Source of the DNA: Abditibacteriaceae bacterium
Lineage (GTDB): Bacteria; Armatimonadota; Abditibacteriia; Abditibacteriales; Abditibacteriaceae
Reading direction: 5' to 3'
Assembly: GCA_031425655.1 (NCBI GenBank)
Contig: JANPJS010000218.1
Span: 1 to 14,534 of the forward strand
Length of the DNA stretch: 14,534 nucleotides
Part shown: in pieces, positions 1 to 5,682 of the stretch
Numbering within the stretch: the stretch's first letter is position 1
Layout of the letters: each line of letters starts with the position of its first letter
The notes under the pieces: model-generated
The model's database searches: none
The model's input: only the letters and a program-made list of their open reading frames with translations
What the model was told of the DNA's origin: nothing
Made by a program: the position numbers and the translations under genes

Positions 1-26
1 GTGAGTTACGGGAAGAATCATGCGAC

Positions 27-256
27 CTCACCTTACGCATTGGGGTGTGATAGGCAGGTCAACCAACAAGGTGATGAGTCATTCTGAGTCCTGCCCAGAG
101 GGCACCCGGAAGAATCTCGGCCTATGCGGTGCTTTTGCTCATGCTCCGTGCGGAGCCTCTTACGCAGAGATTCTTCCGGGTGCCCTCTGGGCAGGACTCA
201 GAATGACAGCGATTCTTGAATTTGTCTGCCTAACACACCCCACTGCGTAAGGTGAG
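27..256. mobile_element. MITE (non-autonomous element, 230 bp) with 31-bp terminal inverted repeats and a 7-bp target site duplication
   Basis: 27-57 CTCACCTTACGCATTGGGGTGTGATAGGCAG is the reverse complement of 226-256 CTGCCTAACACACCCCACTGCGTAAGGTGAG, with 2 mismatches. The direct repeat ATGCGAC abuts both ends (20-26 and 257-263). No transposase is encoded. Confidence 0.88.
78..207. repeat. Perfect 41-bp inverted repeat (REP-doublet/REPIN-like) nested inside the MITE
   Basis: 78-118 GTCATTCTGAGTCCTGCCCAGAGGGCACCCGGAAGAATCTC and 167-207 are exact reverse complements around a 48-nt spacer. Each arm has its own small hairpin (TGCCC-AGA-GGGCA). The ends resemble the widespread GTCATTCTGAG...GAAGAATCT class of intergenic palindromes. 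Confidence 0.9.
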
Positions 257-478
257 ATGCGACAAACTATGTTTTTTTTGCTGGGCACGCTTTGAATTGC
301 GGGCGTGGGCCGGGCTGAGCCGGCGCTGACGATTTATAATCAGCAGTTCGGCGTGGTGCGCGATACGGTGCATTTGGACTTGAAACCGGGCACCAATTAG
401 GTGCGCGTCACCAATATCACGGCACATTTGGAGCCGGATTCGGTGATTTTACGCGATCCGGCGGACACGCAGTTTTGA
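257..478 (+). pseudogene. Truncated pseudogene, N-terminus of a DUF4139/DUF4140-type secreted protein
   Basis: Reading from ATG 257 gives [71 protein letters not shown]. In-frame stops lie at 293-295 and 398-400. The LTIYN..F.VVRD...LDLK.G.N.V......AHLEPDSV pattern is typical of DUF4139-family N-termini. It is absent from the ORF track. Confidence 0.78.
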
Positions 479-497
479 ACGAATTCGAGAAAACCTC

Positions 498-2600
498 ATG
501 CTACAAGCCAAGTTTTGCCTTTGCGCCGCGTTGTTTTTGCTTTTGGCGCCCCAATTCGCCGCGCGGGCGCAGCCGCAGCGAGAAGAAAGTCCCGAATTGG
601 TGCTGCAAACGGGGCATCAAGGCAGCATCAATTCGATGGCTTGTTCGCCGGATGGGCGTCTTTTAGCTGTAGGAGCCATGCGCGAAGTTCGTTTGTATGA
701 GATAAAAAGCGGCACGCTCGTGCGACGGCTCACTGGGCACGATGACGCAGTCTATTCCGTCAGCTTTTCGCCCGACGGGCGGTCTGTATTGTGCGGCGGA
801 GGCAAGGTGCTGATTTGGGATGTCGAAAGCGGTCGCATTCGCCGTTCGCTGAATTTGCCGACATGGAATTTTCGATTCACCGCGTTCTGGCCGGACGGGA
901 ATACCGCGGCTGCCTCCGGCAACAGAGGCGACTTGCAGCTTTGGGATGTGGATACAGGCAAAGTCAAACGAACGCTCTTGATGGGAAAAATCGGGCGTCC
1001 GATAAGATATTCGCCGGACGGAAAAACCATCGTGGGCGTAAAAATAACGCCATTCAAACGGTTTAGAAGTATGAGTAGTAGCAGACCATCCATAACCAAT
1101 GTCGCATTGTGGGATGCGGACACAGAGCGGGAGATTACTCATTGGTCGCACGAATGGACGGCCAGAGATTTTGCATTTTCTCCTGATGGCAGTCTGGTGG
1201 CAGGCGCCACTTCGGAAGGTGTTTACGTGCGCAAAATTCCATCGGGCGAATTGCTCTGGCGAACACCGGGTAACTCGTTAAAGAACGTCGCCTTTTCTCC
1301 TGACGGAAAAAGCGTGGTAGCTGGAAGCAGTAGGAAAGAAGCGCGAGTCTGGGATGCGATCACCGGGCAAGTGCTGCACACGCTGACCGATGATTATTCT
1401 CATGGCGAAATCGTGGCGGTTTCTCAGGACGCGATTATAACCTCCAACAGCCAAAAGATGAATATCTGGGATGCCAAAAGTGGAGCGTTAAAACAAAGTT
1501 TAATTAGCCTGATGACGCCGGTCGTCGCTCAATTTATCGGAAGTTCCAAAGAGATTTTTAGTATGTCGGGGCAATCGCTATTGTTGGGTAACGGGTTGGG
1601 GAAACAACAGGATGTCAACAATATCGAGGCGGGTTTTGTGTCATTTTCTCCCGACGGCGCACTGGCGGTTGCCAAGCCTTCGAGCGAATTTGTTTACGCA
1701 TCCGAGGCCAACAAGCATTGGGGCGGCGGCGCCTACATCCTCTGGAACACCAAAACGTGGCTTCCTTTGCAGAAATTGGAGGGTTTGGCCGGGCAATTCT
1801 CCCTTGCGTGGTCGCCTGACAGTAAAACCATCGCTGCCAGCGGCATGACGGAAGCGGTCGTGCGCATCTGGAATGTAGCCGGATGGAAACTGAAAACGTC
1901 GGTAGGATTTTTTAAGGGCGCCTTCGATTTGGCCTTTTCTCCCGACGGAAAAACCCTCGCAGCCTGCATTTTTCACAAGAAATACATCGTCCGCCTGTGG
2001 GACGTGGCGACAGGACGCCTCAAAGCCGAATTCAGGCACGAAAACGCCTTGAATCTGGCTTTTTCTCTCGACGGAAAAAAGTTAGCCACCGGCAATCAAT
2101 TCGGCACCGTGCGCCTGTGGAATTGCAACACCGGCCAAATGCTCTGGGAAAAGACCGCTCATAACGGCGCAGTAAAGCAACTGGCGTTTTCACCCGATGG
2201 CCAAATTTTAGCCAGCGGCGGCAGCGACGGCGCGATTCAGTTTTTGGAGCCACGCAGCGGAGCGATGCTTCACGCTCTTGCGGCGCATACTTCCGATGTG
2301 CTTTCGCTCAGTTTTTCGCGCGATAATCGCCTGCTGGTCAGCGGCGGGGCCGACGGCGCGCTGCATTTCTGGGACGTATCGCAAGCGAAGCTGCTGCTCA
2401 CGCGTAGCGTAGTGTGGACGGATAGGGAAACCAAGCCGGCGTGGATCGCGTTCACGCCGCAAGGCTATTACGCTGGGTCGCCGGGCATCGAATCGCTGAT
2501 CCGCTGGCGTGTGGGGAATACGATGTTTCCGTCAGAGCAATATGAGGCGCGCTTTCATCGGCCTGATCTTGTCCGCAAGGCGATGGGCGACGTTCGTTAG
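498..2600 (+). CDS. Secreted WD40-repeat protein (about 14 repeats, probably a double beta-propeller)
   Basis: 700-aa ORF with a signal-peptide-like N-terminus ending ARA/Q. It has a PELVLQTGH lead-in and repeated GH..V.S.AFSPDG..L.SG..D....WD units (14 FSPDG-like turns counted). The C-terminus carries a WIAFTPQGYY...RPDLV motif. Confidence 0.95.
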   Translation: MLQAKFCLCAALFLLLAPQFAARAQPQREESPELVLQTGHQGSINSMACSPDGRLLAVGAMREVRLYEIKSGTLVRRLTGHDDAVYSVSFSPDGRSVLCGGGKVLIWDVESGRIRRSLNLPTWNFRFTAFWPDGNTAAASGNRGDLQLWDVDTGKVKRTLLMGKIGRPIRYSPDGKTIVGVKITPFKRFRSMSSSRPSITNVALWDADTEREITHWSHEWTARDFAFSPDGSLVAGATSEGVYVRKIPSGELLWRTPGNSLKNVAFSPDGKSVVAGSSRKEARVWDAITGQVLHTLTDDYSHGEIVAVSQDAIITSNSQKMNIWDAKSGALKQSLISLMTPVVAQFIGSSKEIFSMSGQSLLLGNGLGKQQDVNNIEAGFVSFSPDGALAVAKPSSEFVYASEANKHWGGGAYILWNTKTWLPLQKLEGLAGQFSLAWSPDSKTIAASGMTEAVVRIWNVAGWKLKTSVGFFKGAFDLAFSPDGKTLAACIFHKKYIVRLWDVATGRLKAEFRHENALNLAFSLDGKKLATGNQFGTVRLWNCNTGQMLWEKTAHNGAVKQLAFSPDGQILASGGSDGAIQFLEPRSGAMLHALAAHTSDVLSLSFSRDNRLLVSGGADGALHFWDVSQAKLLLTRSVVWTDRETKPAWIAFTPQGYYAGSPGIESLIRWRVGNTMFPSEQYEARFHRPDLVRKAMGDVR

Positions 2601-2676
2601 CATCTTTTAAGTAATTTTAGGGTGCGTAAATTGACTCTCTTGTTCGATTTCTCCGTGCCAAAGGCTGCAAAATCCC

Positions 2677-3435
2677 ATGATGAACCGTTTTGCGCACGCT
2701 GAAAAACTTGGGGTGGCGCTGCTGGCCTATATCGCGTTTTTTGCGTTATTCGCCGCTCTTGCGCTTCGTATTTCGCTCAGCGAGAATTATGCGCTTTTGT
2801 TCTTCAGCGCCTGGTTCGGCGCCTGCGTCGGGATTGTTTTGGTTTTCTTCTTTTCCCGCAGCTCGGACGTGCCCGGCCTGCTTTGCTTCCAAATCCTCAT
2901 TGGTATCGCCCTCGACGTTTCTTGCAACTTCGCCGCAGGTAAATTGGGCGAAGACGCGGCAACGGAGACATCCCGCTTGGCGCTGGTGGCATTTGCCAAC
3001 ATAGGCTTGATCGTGGCGGCGACAAGTTTGGGCCTTCTCGTCGCGCGCGGGCTGCGACGGCCCGACTACTTAATCATGGCGGCCATCGTGGGCGCGCTGA
3101 CGGACATCTTCAGCGTCTATGCCGGGCCGTCGAAACACATATTGAGTTCGGCGACGTTTCCTTACGTGTCGTATCAGTGGGGCGTCATAGGGCAGGGCGG
3201 GGTAATCCCTTGTGTGGGCGCGGGCGACTTCGTTTTCTTGGCGCTTTACTTTTATGGCGTCCGCCGCTTCGGCTTGGATGACCGCAAGACCTTAGTTGCT
3301 ATGGCAGCCGCTTTTGCGTTGGGCTATTTGGCGCTTCTGCTCAGTCCCGGCGGGATTCCGGCTTTGCCGTTCATGTCGGCGTTGCTGTTGGCCGTGCATG
3401 GGCGTGAATTGAAATTGCAAATGCGCGCAGCATGA
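2677..3435 (+). CDS. Polytopic membrane protein, putative presenilin/signal-peptide-peptidase-like (GxGD, peptidase A22-like) intramembrane aspartyl protease
   Basis: 252-aa hydrophobic ORF. Motifs occur in canonical order: LTD143IFSVYAGP, VG181AGD184FVF and IP228ALPF. The CDS itself is well supported; the family call rests on these motifs. Confidence 0.72.
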   Translation: MMNRFAHAEKLGVALLAYIAFFALFAALALRISLSENYALLFFSAWFGACVGIVLVFFFSRSSDVPGLLCFQILIGIALDVSCNFAAGKLGEDAATETSRLALVAFANIGLIVAATSLGLLVARGLRRPDYLIMAAIVGALTDIFSVYAGPSKHILSSATFPYVSYQWGVIGQGGVIPCVGAGDFVFLALYFYGVRRFGLDDRKTLVAMAAAFALGYLALLLSPGGIPALPFMSALLLAVHGRELKLQMRAA

Positions 3436-3500
3436 TTGTCAGGTTTGCACAATACGGTGAGGAAACGACTTACACTTCCGCCACGAAAAAGGAGAAATAG

Positions 3501-3959
3501 ATGGATTCTGTTGATGTGAACGGCACCGGACTGCCTTTGGACGGCGCCAAATTTCCGAATTTGGCCATGCAAACCGGCTCGGTTTCCCAAAGCGAGTTTA
3601 AAATCGGCGCTTTGGAACCGACGTGGATTATCGAGGGCAGCCCCGTGGTGCGGGCACTGGCCTTAACCAATTCCGAAGACGGATTGTTTTCCTGCGGCCT
3701 GTGGGACTGCACTGCCGGCAAGTTCAAGTTCATCTTCGGCTACGATGAAATCGTCCACATCATAGAAGGCGAGGTCACGATTCAGCAGACGGATGCTGAA
3801 TATACTTTGCGTCCCGGCGACGTCGCATTTTTCCCGAAAGGCGCGACAACTTACTGGACTGTGCCTCACTACGTAAAAAAATTCTGTATCCATCGCTCTG
3901 TGCAGCGCAGTCTGGCGGGCAAGATTCACGCGCGCATAAGGCAAGTTTTGAAGCGATAA
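3501..3959 (+). CDS. Cupin domain protein (DUF861 / Cupin_3, EutQ-like)
   Basis: The GLWDCTAGKF...YDEIVHIIEGEVTI...TLRPGDVAFFPKG...WTV...VKKF signature is present. A Shine-Dalgarno AAGGAG lies at 3489-3494. Confidence 0.9.
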   Translation: MDSVDVNGTGLPLDGAKFPNLAMQTGSVSQSEFKIGALEPTWIIEGSPVVRALALTNSEDGLFSCGLWDCTAGKFKFIFGYDEIVHIIEGEVTIQQTDAEYTLRPGDVAFFPKGATTYWTVPHYVKKFCIHRSVQRSLAGKIHARIRQVLKR

Positions 3960-4088
3960 TAGGATTTCGTCTTGATTCATGCCCATCGCGGTTGTTCGCA
4001 GCCCCAAACCGGAAGCAGCGAAAAGGCCGATGGGCGCACTGAGAAAACCGTCTTCGTCCCGGTTCAAAAAGCCATTAACGCCACGCAA

Positions 4089-4167
4089 TCGCCTACAGCT
4101 TCGGCTTTCGCTCGTGCTTCGCTGCGATCTCTGCGCTTCCGGCGGCGGGTGAGCTTAGTCGTTCGGC
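4089..4167 (+). mobile_element. attC site 1 (left arm truncated or degenerate)
   Basis: The right half GGCGGCGGGTGAGCTTAGTC-GTTCGGC (R' at 4161-4167) is nearly identical to attC2. Homology to attC2 extends left to CGCCTACAGCTTCG at about 4090. No good R''/L'' is present; only a weak CATTAAC at 4073-4079. Confidence 0.8.
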
Positions 4168-4194
4168 GGCTGTGCGCAGCATTGTCGCAGGCGC

Positions 4195-4224
4195 TTGAAT
4201 TTGAAGTCTCCGTTTGCCTATACT
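4195..4224 (+). promoter_or_regulatory. Putative sigma70-type promoter inside cassette A
   Basis: TTGAAT (4195-4200), an 18-nt spacer, then TATACT (4219-4224), ending 13 nt before ATG 4238. No clear Shine-Dalgarno is present. Confidence 0.5.
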
Positions 4225-4237
4225 TGTCCGAAGTGCT

Positions 4238-5017
4238 ATGGACAACCTCGAACTCATATCCCAACTTAAAGAACAAGCAAAGGAAGTTTCTGTTCGCAAT
4301 GGCGGCGAGCTTGATGCCGTCATTCGCCGGACTGAAATGATTGTCCGCAACGTCTTTGGCCCCGCAAGCAAATACCTTACGGATATAAAAGAGCTTAGCT
4401 TCCATCCGTCGTTTGGGCCTACAACAGAAGAATACAAAATTAGTGTTTGGCATTCCGGCCATAAAGCTTTAATCAACCTTATTCAAACGATGGAAGATGA
4501 ATTGAAGCTCTTCCAGCTAACAGCGACACAAGAGGAAGGCGCAACAAACCCAACGCAAGTAGGGAACCAAATTTTCATTGTTCATGGACATGACGAGGAA
4601 ATGAAACAGTATGTCGCCAGAACACTTTCAATTCTTGATTTGGAAGCAGTGATACTGCATGAAAAGCCGAATCAAGGCAGAACAATAATTGAAAAATTTA
4701 CAGATTATTCACAGGTTTCTTTCGCCATCGTTCTATTGTCACCTGATGATGTAGCTCGGCCCCGCCATTCAAAGCCAGAGGAGGAAAAGTTCAGGTCAAG
4801 GCAAAATGTAATCTTTGAGTTGGGCTATTTTATAGGTAAATTAGGTCGTGAGCGTGTAGTGGCATTATATAGACAGGAGAAAAATTTTGAAATGCCGTCG
4901 GATTTTTCTGGAGTGTTGTTCGTGCCGTTTGATTCAAGTGGCAGATGGCAATTCGATTTGGTTAAAGAGTTAAAGTCGTGTGGATACAAAGTGGATGCAA
5001 ACAAATTGCTGTCATAG
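4238..5017 (+). CDS. TIR-domain protein of the predicted nucleotide-binding/Cap12-Pycsar type (PF10137/COG4271-like) with an uncharacterised N-terminal domain
   Basis: The C-terminal domain has IFIVHGHDE, ILHEKPNQGRTIIEKF, FAIVLLSPDD, RQNVIFELGYFIGKLGR and PSDFSGV, all hallmarks of this family. ATG 4238 (259 aa) is preferred over TTG 4214, which overlaps the putative promoter. Confidence 0.92.
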   Translation: MDNLELISQLKEQAKEVSVRNGGELDAVIRRTEMIVRNVFGPASKYLTDIKELSFHPSFGPTTEEYKISVWHSGHKALINLIQTMEDELKLFQLTATQEEGATNPTQVGNQIFIVHGHDEEMKQYVARTLSILDLEAVILHEKPNQGRTIIEKFTDYSQVSFAIVLLSPDDVARPRHSKPEEEKFRSRQNVIFELGYFIGKLGRERVVALYRQEKNFEMPSDFSGVLFVPFDSSGRWQFDLVKELKSCGYKVDANKLLS

Positions 5018-5029
5018 GCACCAACAGCC

Positions 5030-5127
5030 TCCGAACAAGGCGATGCACCCGACCGCTTACAGCTTCGCTCGTCGTTCCTCACTGTGGTCCCTGCGCTTTC
5101 GGCGGCGGGTTAGCTTAGTCGTTGGGC
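5030..5127 (+). mobile_element. attC site 2 (complete, 98 bp)
   Basis: R'' TCCGAAC (5030-5036) begins 12 nt after the TIR stop and is followed by AAGGCGATGCACCCGACCGC. This pairs with GCGGCGGGTTAGCTTAGTC, with extrahelical bases. R' GTTGGGC is at 5121-5127. Confidence 0.92.
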
Positions 5128-5187
5128 CGCTGCGTGCGGCTTTTTGGGAACTGGCAGTATCAAACGGCGTTAGAATAAAAGTTGTAA

Positions 5188-5246
5188 AAGCGTGGGGACG
5201 ACTTCGCGTTTCAATAAAATCTTTGGGACGACCCAAACATGAGGAG
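5188..5246 (+). promoter_or_regulatory. Guanidine-II (mini-ykkC) riboswitch
   Basis: Two tandem hairpins carry ACGA tetraloops closed by G-C pairs: P1 GCGTGGGG-ACGA-CTTCGCGT (5190-5209) and P2 TTTGGG-ACGA-CCCAAA (5222-5237). A 12-nt linker joins them. SD GAGGAG (5241-5246) and the ATG of an SMR exporter follow directly, which is the canonical context. Confidence 0.93.
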
Positions 5247-5253
5247 AAACATC

Positions 5254-5574
5254 ATGGCTTGGGTCGTTCTTTTTGTTGCGGGTTTGCTTGAAGTTGGTTG
5301 GGCTATCGGGTTGAAATACACGGAAGGTTTCACCAAACTTTGGCCCAGTGTCGCAACTATCGGCGCAATGGCCGTTAGTTTCTTTTTGCTTTCTCACGCT
5401 CTCAGAACTATTCCAGTTGGCACCGGCTACGCGGTGTGGACTGGCATTGGAGCCGTCGGCACAGTTATTTTGGGCATGGTGTTTTTAGGTGAGCCGCGCG
5501 ATGTTGGGCGCATCTTTTGTTTGTTGCTCATCATTGCCGGCATCGTTGGTCTCAAAGTCGTTTCGCCTCACTAA
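5254..5574 (+). CDS. sugE: Guanidinium exporter Gdx (SugE), SMR family
   Basis: 106 aa from ATG 5254, with the SD 7 nt upstream: [26 protein letters not shown]...SFFLLS...[11 protein letters not shown]. It retains G10, E13, W16, S42, F43, Y59 and W62, typical of Gdx rather than Qac/EmrE. It lies downstream of a guanidine riboswitch. Confidence 0.95.
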   Translation: MAWVVLFVAGLLEVGWAIGLKYTEGFTKLWPSVATIGAMAVSFFLLSHALRTIPVGTGYAVWTGIGAVGTVILGMVFLGEPRDVGRIFCLLLIIAGIVGLKVVSPH

Positions 5575-5602
5575 GGCAGCGGGGCGAGACGTTCCAACAC
5601 CA

Positions 5603-5682
5603 GTTCAACAAGGCGCTACATTCGACCGGCGGCACCCCATTCATTTCCCCCTCCCGGCGGCGGGTGAACTTGGTCGTTTAGG
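5603..5682 (+). mobile_element. attC site 3 (80 bp, somewhat degenerate)
   Basis: R'' GTTCAAC (5603-5609), then AAGGCGCTACATTCGACCGG...CCGGCGGCGGGTGAACTTGGTC, then G|TTTAGG (5676-5682). It belongs to the same family as attC1 and attC2. The left stem has mismatches, and the R' tail overlaps the DUF1501 stop codon. Confidence 0.82.

Larger units (their letters stand above)
4162..5121 (+). mobile_element. Integron gene cassette A (960 bp) carrying the TIR gene
   Basis: Bounded by G|TT crossover points at 4161/4162 and 5121/5122. Its start GTTCGGCGGCTGT is complementary (1 mismatch) to ACAGCCTCCGAAC (5024-5036) before its attC, as expected for a cassette integrated from a circle. It is AT-rich relative to the flanks. 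Confidence 0.88.
5122..5676 (+). mobile_element. Integron gene cassette B (555 bp) carrying a guanidine-II riboswitch and gdx/sugE
   Basis: Runs from the R' crossover of attC2 to the R' crossover of attC3. It holds one ORF in standard cassette orientation followed by attC3. Confidence 0.85.

Noticed and set aside
20..250. 76-aa ORF in the track
   Set aside because: It lies almost wholly within the MITE and its palindrome. It is a by-product of the duplicated ATG, not a credible protein gene.
257..478. Stop-codon readthrough or an alternative genetic code to rescue the DUF4139-like frame
   Set aside because: Two different stops (TGA and TAG) interrupt it and the frame is truncated anyway. 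Other genes in the window use TAG, TGA and TAA as normal stops.
3980..4036. 8-bp inverted repeat GCCCATCG/CGATGGGC and a 57-codon basic ORF from 3979
   Set aside because: The stem is short with a long loop in GC-rich DNA, and no RNA motif or protein family is recognisable. It could be chance.
3436..4167. Cupin gene as a third cassette belonging to attC1
   Set aside because: There is no GTTRRRY boundary upstream of the gene. About 130 nt of unrelated sequence separates its stop from the attC1 remnant, and attC1 lacks a proper R''. It cannot be supported.
3972..4476. ORFs 3972-4340, 4064-4462 and 4093-4476 (likewise 4980-5291 and 5489-5689)
   Set aside because: They read through attC palindromes (shared SLRFRRRVSLVV text) or are antisense to the TIR gene, so they are artefacts of the repeats.
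5239..5253. Upstream ATG 5239 as the gdx start
   Set aside because: It overlaps the SD and has no SD of its own. Gdx homologs begin MAW/MSW, matching ATG 5254.
4089..5682. Three similar repeats considered as a CRISPR array or simple terminators
   Set aside because: They are separated by whole genes (about 0.5-1 kb), are 80-100 bp imperfect palindromes with R''/R' boxes, and lack poly-T tails. This fits attC sites.
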